From: Promethearchaeota archaeon
Lineage (GTDB): Archaea; Asgardarchaeota; Heimdallarchaeia; Hodarchaeales; Hodarchaeaceae
Direction of reading: 5' to 3'
Assembly (NCBI GenBank): GCA_048938105.1
Contig: JBHLMN010000002.1
Coordinates: 320,001 to 384,000 of the forward strand
Length of the DNA stretch: 64,000 nucleotides
Shown: in pieces, positions 29,041 through 37,972 of the stretch
Numbering within the stretch: position 1 is the stretch's first letter
Layout: each line of letters begins with the position of its first letter
Translations under genes and position numbers: made by a program
Notes under the pieces: generated by a model
Databases searched by the model: none
The model's input: the letters and a program-made list of their open reading frames with translations, nothing else
What the model was told of the DNA's origin: nothing

Positions 29041-30051
29041 TTGGAAATTGAATATCAGAATAAATATGTAGTTACATGGTGTTTAGATCGGGATGGGCCT
29101 CGGATTTGTTTACGAGTTATTACTAGAGAAGATGAAAATAGAACAATTGAGATCATTAGTGAGGATTTCATCTTAGAACTTGAAGATGAAGAAGCCAGAG
29201 ATTTTCTTAATATATTAAACCAGATGGAAGCTACAAGTTCAATTAAGCCAGTAACTAAATATCCTGAGTATGAAACTCCTGAAATTGAAGAAGAACCCCT
29301 CGTTGAAGCTAAGATTTCATCTGAAGTAGCACCAGAGATTGAAGAACCTGTAATACCTGAAATTGCACCAAAAGTTGTAGAATCAGGAGTAGCTGAAGTA
29401 GTACCAGAGGAAGCTGAAATTATTTCCCCAGAAGTCCCCGATTCTGCGGAAATAATTCAATTCTTAAAGCAATCAGAGCAGACTTACTCAGAAATCACTT
29501 CTAGTTCTCAAACTGAGGACTCAGTTGAAGAACAAACCCAGCTGTCTGATGAAATTGATGTTGAAAGCATACAAGAGGAAGCTATCTCAGATTCAGCTCC
29601 GATCCAGAAAGTATCAGAGGAGGTAGCAACAGATATTGAAACAGCATCCTTCTTTCAGGATTCTGTTTCGAAGAGTCCCTTGGAGATGATTCTTGAAGAA
29701 GATCAGAAAAAGGAAGAAATAGTAGCTGCAGATAGCTCATCTTTATCAGAACAAAATGCAGAAGAAACTTCAGATGAATATCCAGAAACTAAAGTCATAT
29801 ATACTCCTGATGACCTCCAAACGGAATCATTCTTCAGTAAATTTGATACAAGTCGTACAGTGGATCTTTTGCAAAAAACTGAACCCGAATCCGAGTCTGC
29901 TCCCGAACCTAAGCGAGTAGTTGAATTGGAACCTACACCAAAATTTGTTAAAAAGGAGCCAACACTAACAGAAGCAGAACGAAGGGCTGCAATTGAAAAA
30001 GAGAGAGCTGAAAGAAAACGAAGGTTGTGGGAACTAACACGTGGATTCTAA
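29041..30051 (+). CDS. Hypothetical protein: small N-terminal domain, long acidic disordered region, basic C-terminal helix
   Basis: 336 aa, E/S/P-rich middle, ends in AERRAAIEKERAERKRRLWELTRGF; GGAG SD before TTG start. Confidence 0.8.
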   Translation: MEIEYQNKYVVTWCLDRDGPRICLRVITREDENRTIEIISEDFILELEDEEARDFLNILNQMEATSSIKPVTKYPEYETPEIEEEPLVEAKISSEVAPEIEEPVIPEIAPKVVESGVAEVVPEEAEIISPEVPDSAEIIQFLKQSEQTYSEITSSSQTEDSVEEQTQLSDEIDVESIQEEAISDSAPIQKVSEEVATDIETASFFQDSVSKSPLEMILEEDQKKEEIVAADSSSLSEQNAEETSDEYPETKVIYTPDDLQTESFFSKFDTSRTVDLLQKTEPESESAPEPKRVVELEPTPKFVKKEPTLTEAERRAAIEKERAERKRRLWELTRGF

Positions 30052-30104
30052 TTGAATTAGCAGTTTTATCTAGCATTTAAACTAAGATAAGAGTCCCTTT
30101 AAAG

Positions 30105-30749
30105 ATGGAAACCTCTAGAACAACCATTTCTGCTATAATCTTCGATGCAGGGGATATACTTGTCCATCAAATTCCAGATGATAAAGTGAAAGCTTGGAAT
30201 AAGTTCTTAACTCATTATCATAACTCAAAAATGGATAACAAAGAATATTTTACCCAATTATATGAAAAAGTTAGGACCTTGGGTATCGATTCCAATTTTG
30301 AAATAGTTTCACCCTATTTATCCACTGAACCAAGATTCAAGATTTCTTTAATTGAAGAATATGAAATAGAGAAATGGTGGAAAAATCCTGATCCGTGGCT
30401 CTTTGAAACGATATCTAAATTCTGGAAGATTGGGTATAAGATTGGTATTTTAACAGATAGTGCTCTTTCTTCGAGAACTATTCGTGAAGTATTGTCTCAA
30501 TTATCTCCATATGTTCACAAAATAGTGTCCTCTCGTGATGTTGGAGTTATGAAACCTGATAAACAAATGTACTCCACAATATTATCAGAACTAAAAACAC
30601 CTCCCAACAAGTCCTTATTCATCGCTCATGATCCTGATGAAATAAAAGGAGCTTTAAATTCAGGACTCTTGTGTATAAATTTTGAGTACATAGGAAATTT
30701 AAAAAAATTATTTGAATTTATTAAAAGAAAATACGTTTTAGAGCAATAG
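30105..30749 (+). CDS. HAD-superfamily hydrolase
   Basis: IIFDAGD, ILTD, GVMKPD, FIAHDPDE. Confidence 0.82.
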   Translation: METSRTTISAIIFDAGDILVHQIPDDKVKAWNKFLTHYHNSKMDNKEYFTQLYEKVRTLGIDSNFEIVSPYLSTEPRFKISLIEEYEIEKWWKNPDPWLFETISKFWKIGYKIGILTDSALSSRTIREVLSQLSPYVHKIVSSRDVGVMKPDKQMYSTILSELKTPPNKSLFIAHDPDEIKGALNSGLLCINFEYIGNLKKLFEFIKRKYVLEQ

Positions 30750-30760
30750 GTGTAAGAATA

Positions 30761-31954
30761 TTGTTAGAGAATAGTTCACTTCCATTTGTAGCAATATTAC
30801 ATGCTTATCAACCTCCTACTCAAGAAGCTAACATTCTGGATCGTATTGTCAAACGGTGTTATTTGCCAGTTGCACAGGCTTTGCAAAATAATCCTGATTT
30901 CAAAATTACCTTGAATATTAATGCTAGCCTTACAGAGATGCTTGAAGACGATTATTTAATAGTAATAGAGAAGTATGCAGAGTTAGCTCGGAATAACCAG
31001 ATTGAATTTCTCGATTCTGGGGCTTATCACCCCATTCTACCGTTAATATCTCAAAGAGAAGCACGAAAGCAGATTAAAATGAATAGAAAAATCAATTCAC
31101 GTATTTTTGGCTCTGTTTGGAAACCTCGTGGATTATGGCCGCCTGAACTTGCAGTTTCTGAAACACTGGCGACTCTTGTGGAATCCCTAGGATATGAATA
31201 TATGATTGTTCCAGAGATTGCTATTAGCTCAAATTCTCCTTTTCCTACCCCTTTACTCACTCGATTACTTGTCCATCCGAGTGCGCCAAAGCTTTTTCTC
31301 ATTAACCGAAATCGTGAGGTTTCAAATAACATATCCTTTCACAGATATACTACAATCCAAAATGCGTTTGAGCATTTCAATAGGTTAAAAGCACTACAAC
31401 CTAATGGGATATTAGTACTTGCAACAGATTTGGAGACCTTTGGAGAACATCATCGTAAATATGAAGAATTTTTGGTTCAAATCTTCCAGTCAACTGAGAC
31501 TAAAGTGGTTTCTGAGATCTTGGATTTGCCAAAACAACCCATCGTGGAGTTCCGAAGCAGCAGTTGGAGTACCTCCGAAGAAGATTTGTATCGAGATATT
31601 CCATTCCCTCTTTGGGCTTACCCAGGTAATAGTATTCATGAGTTATTGAACTTTCATTTTGATTTACTTTCTGAAACTCTTGAATTATTGTTATCTAAAA
31701 AGGATGAAACAGACTATGAGGTTAAAATGGCACTAAAAGCTGTTGCTAAAGCCCAACACTCATGTCAAACATGGTGGGCCTCTACTAAAGACCATTTTAG
31801 TAAGGAACTAATCAAAAAGGGTTTTGATGCTCAACAATCTGCATTAGAATTGACATTAATGGCGATTGGGTCTGAAATTGACCATGCAATTCCGAATGGA
31901 CTATCCAATCGCCTTGAAAAGCGATTAACACGATATTTATCTCGTATTCGGTGA
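30761..31954 (+). CDS. Glycoside hydrolase family 57 (amylase/amylopullulanase-like)
   Basis: HAYQP, YHPILPL, WPPELA (nucleophile), ATDLETFGEH (acid/base). Confidence 0.9.
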   Translation: MLENSSLPFVAILHAYQPPTQEANILDRIVKRCYLPVAQALQNNPDFKITLNINASLTEMLEDDYLIVIEKYAELARNNQIEFLDSGAYHPILPLISQREARKQIKMNRKINSRIFGSVWKPRGLWPPELAVSETLATLVESLGYEYMIVPEIAISSNSPFPTPLLTRLLVHPSAPKLFLINRNREVSNNISFHRYTTIQNAFEHFNRLKALQPNGILVLATDLETFGEHHRKYEEFLVQIFQSTETKVVSEILDLPKQPIVEFRSSSWSTSEEDLYRDIPFPLWAYPGNSIHELLNFHFDLLSETLELLLSKKDETDYEVKMALKAVAKAQHSCQTWWASTKDHFSKELIKKGFDAQQSALELTLMAIGSEIDHAIPNGLSNRLEKRLTRYLSRIR

Positions 31955-31986
31955 AATTTGTTAAAAATTAAGGGGCTGAAATTTAT

Positions 31987-33333
31987 TTGAAAGCAGAGAC
32001 TCTTCTTCAGGAATTAATACAATATAAGACAATAAATGATCCTACAAAGAAAATTCTTCCTCAACCCACAGTTTTGGATTATATTCAAAAAGAGGTAAAA
32101 ACTTGGAATCCAGATTTCAATGCTCATATATTAGAAAGTCAAGGATATTCGTCACTCTATCTAGCAATAGATCCAAAAAATGTTGATATACTCTTCATGG
32201 GCCATCTTGATGTAGTTCCTGTTGGTGATGGATGGACATCAGATCCATTCATTCTTAGAATAGATTCAGAATCAGGTTTAGGATACGGTCGAGGCTCAAA
32301 AGACTGTAAAGGTTCAGTAGTTTCTGCTTTACTCATGTTAAAGAAGCTTTGCAGAGAAAATAGTCCTTCTTTAGAAAATCTAGGATTCTTTTTTTCCACT
32401 GATGAAGAAACCGGTGGACGAAATGGTGCACAAATCTTTTTTAATTATGTTAAAAAGCATGACATTCCACTTAAATGTGTAATTAACGTGGATGGTGGCC
32501 CAAGAGTAGTTTACAAAAGACGAGCTGGCTTTGGAATCAAGGTGAATATCCCACCTAGAATTATCGAATCTTTTGGCCAGTTGAAAAAGCAAATATGTCA
32601 CACACGTATCCTTGGTGACGACAATCGTCACAGTGCTTATTTTGTACGAGGTTGTGATACACACGCTATAGTTACACTATCTAAACTTCTTCACCTTCAT
32701 CGAGACTGGATGATCAAAGAAATTGATGGCCCTTGGATAAAAGGAAATGTAATTCCAGATTATATCGAAGCTAGGATTGTTAAGCTTACAAAAAAGATAG
32801 AATCTCCACTAGTATCTTACGATGAGAATCTAACAAAGATTTTCCGTAAAATCCGTAGTATAATTCTACTTGACCTACCAACAGAGATTCCTAGCGAGTT
32901 TGGCATCACCGTCAATCCTAATCTTGTTTCTTATTCTGAAACTAATGGAACCGAAATTTATTTTGATGTTAGAGCATTTCTCTCCTCTAAAAAGACCAAT
33001 ATCTTGATCAATGCCTTTAAACAACGATTGGATGAGTTAGCTACTGAAGCTGAGATTTCCTGCCCAGGAACTTCAGGATATTTTCATACTCCAATAGACA
33101 ATCCACTAGTAAGAGTGACATCAGATGTATTAGAAAAATATTCGTTGCCATCGGATCCTTGTGAACAGGAAGGAGCATCGGACGCACGTTATGCCTCTGA
33201 TATTCCAGTTATTGATCTAGGCCCAAGAGGTGGAAATATACATGGAACTGATGAGTTTATTGATTTAGCTTCAATGAAAGAATTTTCCTCTATTTATGAG
33301 GAGATTGTTACACGGCTACTTAATTATGTATAG
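31987..33333 (+). CDS. M20/M25/M40 metallopeptidase (ArgE/DapE-like)
   Basis: GHLDVVP, GRGSKDCKG, DEETGG, GASDAR, HGTDE. Confidence 0.92.
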   Translation: MKAETLLQELIQYKTINDPTKKILPQPTVLDYIQKEVKTWNPDFNAHILESQGYSSLYLAIDPKNVDILFMGHLDVVPVGDGWTSDPFILRIDSESGLGYGRGSKDCKGSVVSALLMLKKLCRENSPSLENLGFFFSTDEETGGRNGAQIFFNYVKKHDIPLKCVINVDGGPRVVYKRRAGFGIKVNIPPRIIESFGQLKKQICHTRILGDDNRHSAYFVRGCDTHAIVTLSKLLHLHRDWMIKEIDGPWIKGNVIPDYIEARIVKLTKKIESPLVSYDENLTKIFRKIRSIILLDLPTEIPSEFGITVNPNLVSYSETNGTEIYFDVRAFLSSKKTNILINAFKQRLDELATEAEISCPGTSGYFHTPIDNPLVRVTSDVLEKYSLPSDPCEQEGASDARYASDIPVIDLGPRGGNIHGTDEFIDLASMKEFSSIYEEIVTRLLNYV

Positions 33334-33365
33334 GGATTAAGTCCAAAAGTGCGGATTTAATCCCT
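33332..33365. terminator. 13-bp stem-loop immediately after the M20 peptidase stop codon
   Basis: AGGGATTAAGTCC-8nt-GGATTTAATCCCT (one G-U pair); terminator or processing role is inferred. Confidence 0.45.
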
Positions 33366-33519
33366 TGGCGGGAAGCATTAATATTCTATTTGGTTTTCTC
33401 CTTCATGTGCATCTATATTTATCGTTTCCAAATATTAAGTGTTTTAATGAATCATGAGAGAATTTCGATATAATGAGATGAATATTTAAAAAAAAATGTA
33501 AGAATCCTTCATAAAAGCT

Positions 33520-34443
33520 GTGATGAATATGAAAATAAACAAAAAGCATCTCTTTTTCTCATTCATCTTTTTAATATTGATTTTAATACTAATTTCTGTA
33601 CACAATCTTGGCCTTGATGATTCACTAGCAAACTATGTTAATGATATAACCGATTCTGATCTGACTTATTCTATACTTTTCGGTATGTTTATACAATTAC
33701 TGACTTGGATTTTTATCGTCATAATTTTATTACTAATATGGAGTTCAATATTAGAAGCGTTAACTCCAAGAATGACGAAGACCGTCATCAACACATTGAG
33801 AGTGCTAGGAAGAATGATAATCATACCATTCTGCATCATTGCTTATTTAAACAATTTTCCTGGATTTGAAGGTACATTATTAGGAATCTCAGCCATTTTA
33901 GGAACAGCCATAGGATTCGCATCAACAACAACCATGGGAAATTTCTTGGCTGGACTTTATATTATGGCCACACGTCCTTTTTTGATTGGTGATTATATTA
34001 TTCTTCCTGATAGTAAAGTTGAGGGCCGTGTTAAAGAGATCACAGTGAATTATACCAAAATCACATTACCTACTGGTAATACCATATTTGTATCGAATAG
34101 TAAATTTTTAGGGCAATCTATCATCAATACAAGAACAACAGAGGATCAATTAATCCTTAAAAAGGGACAAAAAAAGCGATTTGTGTACCCTTTGATGTGG
34201 GGGGCTAATTCTGACGAAAAACATGCGTGGGCTGTTGAAGCCATCGAAAAAACAGGGGAAGAATTTAAGGAAAGATTGACTGAACCCATTACATGGTATG
34301 TTTATTCACGGACTAGACTAGATATAATCCACCAGGTCAATATAGTTTCTGATAGTGCAACTAAATTATTGGATTTAACTGGTGAGTTCATGACCGCGTT
34401 GACAAGAAATTATGATGAAATCAGGGATAAATACAAAGACTAG
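33520..34443 (+). CDS. mscS: Small-conductance mechanosensitive channel (MscS family)
   Basis: AIGFAS...GNFLAGL...RPFLIGDYI...EGRVKEI. Confidence 0.88.
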   Translation: MMNMKINKKHLFFSFIFLILILILISVHNLGLDDSLANYVNDITDSDLTYSILFGMFIQLLTWIFIVIILLLIWSSILEALTPRMTKTVINTLRVLGRMIIIPFCIIAYLNNFPGFEGTLLGISAILGTAIGFASTTTMGNFLAGLYIMATRPFLIGDYIILPDSKVEGRVKEITVNYTKITLPTGNTIFVSNSKFLGQSIINTRTTEDQLILKKGQKKRFVYPLMWGANSDEKHAWAVEAIEKTGEEFKERLTEPITWYVYSRTRLDIIHQVNIVSDSATKLLDLTGEFMTALTRNYDEIRDKYKD

Positions 34444-34621
34444 GATTCGTTGTAATTCTTAAAAAATTGTTTTAATTCTCTTAGACGTTTCTAATATCAT
34501 GTATATTGACACAATAAGTCATGGTTGTAATCACTTATTCACATGATAAGCACTCCTATAAGGTATTTATACTACTAAGAAATCATCAGGTTTCATAATC
34601 TCTCCAAGCCGAAGTGCATAG

Positions 34622-35722
34622 TTATAACCAACCTTTCTTCCAAAAATAAGTTAACATAACTATAGCAACCATTAACATAAAAAAAAGAGCCATAGGGTAA
34701 CCAATAGGCCAAGTTAATTCGGGCATAGACTGAAAATTCATTCCATAGATACCTGAAATTACTGTCATAGGGATGACAATTGTAGCGATGACGGTCAACA
34801 CTTTCATTACTTCATTCATTTTATTACTAGTGCTGGAGAGATAAATGTCAAGCATACCTGTAACAATATCTCGGAGCGTTTCCACTGTATCGATCACATG
34901 GATAGTATGATCATATACATCCCTAATGTACTTTTGGGTTTCAGTCTGTATCAATACTGATCCCCCACGTTCTAATCGGCTAATTAATTCTCTTAAGGGC
35001 CACACAGCTTTACGTATAAAGATAATGTTCGTTTTTAGAGAATGTATTATTTGTAAAGTCTCAGTTCCAGGAGCTGTAACTACCTCTTCTTCTAAAAATT
35101 CAATTCGTTCGATTAATCTTTCTAGAATCAAAAAATAATTATCAACAATAACATCAATTAATGCGTAAAAAAGGTGATCGGCGCCATAGGATCGAATCTT
35201 CCCCTTTTTCCCTCTTATACGTTCACGAATAGGATTAAATATATCTTCGGGCCTTTCTTGAAATGATAATACGTAATTTTCTCCAAGAATTAAACTGACT
35301 TGTTCAATGACAACACTTTTTCGTTCCTCATTATATTTAAGCATTTTTAAAACTATGTAGAGGTGATTTTCATAATCATCAATCTTTGGCCTTTGATCTG
35401 TATTGAGGATATCCTCTAATAATAAAGGATGCAAATTAAAATATTCTCCAAACTTTTCTAAAATTAGAGTGTTATGTAATCCATCAATATTAATCCATGT
35501 TATGGTAGGTCTTTCCTTAAAAGGTAAGCATTCTTCCACGGTCTTAACTTCTTTTTCTTCACAAGTCTTTGCATCATAATCAAAAACTGTTATCTTTATC
35601 TCTTCTATTTTTTTATGTCCAAGAAAAATTGGAGTACCAGGAGGAAGGCCTACTTTCTTATGTCTTCTTTTAATAATAGCAGGTTTTTTTGTTGATTTTC
35701 CTTTTTCCATAATTCGTGACAT
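34622..35722 (-). CDS. corA: Magnesium/cobalt transporter CorA
   Basis: LHPLLLEDI, QRPK, MNEVMKVLT, YGMNF..MPEL signature. Confidence 0.96.
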   Translation of the reverse strand: MSRIMEKGKSTKKPAIIKRRHKKVGLPPGTPIFLGHKKIEEIKITVFDYDAKTCEEKEVKTVEECLPFKERPTITWINIDGLHNTLILEKFGEYFNLHPLLLEDILNTDQRPKIDDYENHLYIVLKMLKYNEERKSVVIEQVSLILGENYVLSFQERPEDIFNPIRERIRGKKGKIRSYGADHLFYALIDVIVDNYFLILERLIERIEFLEEEVVTAPGTETLQIIHSLKTNIIFIRKAVWPLRELISRLERGGSVLIQTETQKYIRDVYDHTIHVIDTVETLRDIVTGMLDIYLSSTSNKMNEVMKVLTVIATIVIPMTVISGIYGMNFQSMPELTWPIGYPMALFFMLMVAIVMLTYFWKKGWL

Positions 35723-36329
35723 TAGATTGAATCTCCTTATTCAAATTTAAATTTCTCCTTAAGAATAAATGAAGGATTAATACTTTTAGATCAGAATATT
35801 TATTCAATCTGATTTTATTCATCTTACGAAAGAAGATGGGTTAATCTGTTTTTGTCAGATCTCTTGATTTGTGATTATTATTAATATTATGTAAAATTTT
35901 TAATAAAGATACAGGTCATAATTATGTTACTTTCTTAGCCGCTATAATGGAATATAATACCTTCCTGTCATATGTTTTAAGTGGAAGTTTCTATCCCTAT
36001 TGAGAGTTCCCCATTCAACATCTCTATTAACCTATTTCCTATTCTCTATGTTTATTTCATTTTATGTTTAGCAATTGGAAAAAACATTTTTTATTTAATT
36101 TAACACTCGAATAGCCTTTTAGCTTTTAGGAGCAATATTTGAATTTTTATATTAGCTAAAGAACCCTTTTTAAAGACAGGCCAATTTTCTTCTCACTTTA
36201 CTGAAAATAAAGATTTTATCAATGAAATAAAATCATAATGTTTCAATGCGTACCGAAAATCTCACTATAATGCTTTTATTAAAATAATCCTCAATCATCT
36301 TAGAATTAGATAAAAAGGTGTTTAAAAAA

Positions 36330-36701
36330 ATGAGCGAAAAAAAGATGAAAGAAGCGGAAAAGAAAAAGCAAGAAGCAATGAAAAAGCTCAAAGAAGTAGA
36401 AGAACTTGAGAGAAAATCGGTGAAAAAAAGAAAAGAAGCGGAAGTGAAAGAAAGGGAAGCTGAGAAAAAAACACAAGAAGCAATCAAGAAGCGTGAAGAA
36501 GAAGAAAAGAAGCAAAAGAAAGAAGCTGAACACAAACGTAAGGAAACTGAGAAGAAAGCTAAAAAAGAAGAGGAGAAACGAAAAAAAGAAGCTGAACACA
36601 AACGTAAGGAAACTGAGAAGAAAGCTAAAAAAGAAGAGGAAAGAGTGAAGAAGGAAGCTGAGAAGAAACTAAAAGAGACTGAAAAGAGACTGAAAACGTA
36701 A
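36330..36701 (+). CDS. Lys/Glu-rich charged helical protein (paralog A)
   Basis: AAGGTG SD then ATG 36330; MSEKKMKEAEKKKQEAMKKLKE... Confidence 0.7.
   Translation: MSEKKMKEAEKKKQEAMKKLKEVEELERKSVKKRKEAEVKEREAEKKTQEAIKKREEEEKKQKKEAEHKRKETEKKAKKEEEKRKKEAEHKRKETEKKAKKEEERVKKEAEKKLKETEKRLKT
36516..36680 (+). repeat. Coding tandem repeat, 66-bp (22-aa) unit x ~2.5
   Basis: gctgaacacaaacgtaaggaaactgagaagaaagctaaaaaagaagagga at 36525 and 36591. Confidence 0.85.
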
Positions 36702-36750
36702 TAACGAATCCTAATATGTATTTTTATTTAAGTAATTTTTAAGGAAATCT

Positions 36751-36771
36751 ACCTTGGACTAACTCCAAGGT
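36751..36771. terminator. Perfect 8-bp hairpin between the convergent E/K genes
   Basis: ACCTTGGA-CTAAC-TCCAAGGT. Confidence 0.4.
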
Positions 36772-36961
36772 TCAAATTGTAACTCCAAAAACTTAAGGAA
36801 TTTACTCAAATTATAAAAAAATAAAATTAAGGGTGTATTGGGATTAAATAATGGCAAATGAATTTTACAGAGAAATATTCAAATTTGTATATTAGCTTCT
36901 ACACCGAAAGATATGTTAGTTCCCTTAAATAGATGCTAATCTACTCTTTTTTATTATTGAT

Positions 36962-37147
36962 CTATTTTCTTTCTTCATCAGCTAGGGATTTTGTAGCTTC
37001 TTCCAATTTTTTTTCCGCTTCTGCAAACTTCATTCTTGCTTCATTTTTCTTTTTCTCTGCCTTCTTTTTGAACTTCTCTGCCTCTTTTAGTTTTCCTATT
37101 GCTTCCTGTTTCTTCCTTTCTGCTTCTTTGAGCTTTTTTTCACTCAT
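36962..37147 (-). CDS. Lys/Glu-rich charged helical protein (paralog B)
   Basis: AAGGTGA SD; MSEKKLKEAERKKQEAIGKLKE is nearly identical to the N-terminus of paralog A. Confidence 0.72.
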   Translation of the reverse strand: MSEKKLKEAERKKQEAIGKLKEAEKFKKKAEKKKNEARMKFAEAEKKLEEATKSLADEERK

Positions 37148-37267
37148 TTTCTCACCTTAATTTGGAAATCTTCATTCGCTACTAATTATATAATTAATAA
37201 AGGTTTATTTCTAATAAATTAATTATATAGATTTCATGATCACAAACTTATTCTTCAGAATGTGACT

Positions 37268-37651
37268 CTTTCTACTCTTCATTTAAGAGAGGAAATAATA
37301 CATGTGGTAGTATGGTTTAGTTCACTTGGATTGATTAAGCCACTTCGTTACTCTTGAAGGATATTCGTGGGTTATTTCAACTTTAGGCCTGAAATAACCT
37401 ACAGGTTTTCTAAAATTGATAAATCTATTTCCCATGGAATGACATTATGGAATTCAATTCGAAGATTTGGCAAAAAAAGAGGTAGTACGATTGTCAATCT
37501 CACTGGTAAGATCGTTTTCGGGCCTTTAGTAGATAAAAAAGTAATAATTATTGCTGATGTTGATCCATTCAAAGCAATCGAAGAGGAACAAAACCTTGAT
37601 AAAAGTAGGCATTATTCTCAATTTGATATCTTAAACAAACCCTTGACTTGA
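37268..37651 (+). pseudogene. Degraded C-terminal fragment of a nitrilase gene
   Basis: EEIIHVVVWFSS, then in another frame SHFVTLEGYSWVIST, then GSTIVNLTGKIVFGPL...IIIADVD...LDKSRHYSQFDIL. These match the nitrilase motifs HVAxWPG, FxAxEGRxFVIS, GSxIxxPxG and DxxGHYSRPD; the N-terminal half is missing. Confidence 0.7.
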
Positions 37652-37660
37652 TTAATTTTT

Positions 37661-37972
37661 GTGGATGAACCAGCAATGAAGATCAAACAAAAGAAAATTA
37701 AGAAGGAAAAAGTAGATACCACGAATTGGGGATCTTGGGGTTGTGAGCCATCTACTTTTGATTGGGAATATCAGGAAGACGAAACTGCTTACGTATTTGA
37801 GGGTAAGGTTATTGTAAAAACACCTACCGATGAAATAGAAGTGAAAGGTGGGTCTTTAGTGCAATTTCCGAAAGGATTAAAGTGTACTTGGAATGTAATT
37901 GAACCAATACGTAAAGTTTACACATTTCAGAAATTTGATTGGGCTGCTTGGGAAAAATCCCTAGAAGACTAG
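37661..37972 (+). CDS. Cupin_3 (DUF861/EutQ-like) protein
   Basis: WGCEPSTFDWEY..DETAYVFEGKV...FPKGLKCTWNV...RKVY. Confidence 0.88.
   Translation: MDEPAMKIKQKKIKKEKVDTTNWGSWGCEPSTFDWEYQEDETAYVFEGKVIVKTPTDEIEVKGGSLVQFPKGLKCTWNVIEPIRKVYTFQKFDWAAWEKSLED

Noticed and set aside
36233-37160. Phe/Ser/Leu-rich ORFs (36233..36601, 36306..36599, 36933..37160; likewise 1533..1718) as membrane proteins
   Set aside because: They are antisense shadows of A-rich Lys/Glu codons; the opposite-strand ORFs have SD sites and paralogy support.
33334-37970. Mobile element or genomic island
   Set aside because: Looks plastic (long AT-rich spacers, pseudogene, duplication), but no integrase, transposase, terminal repeats or tRNA target found.
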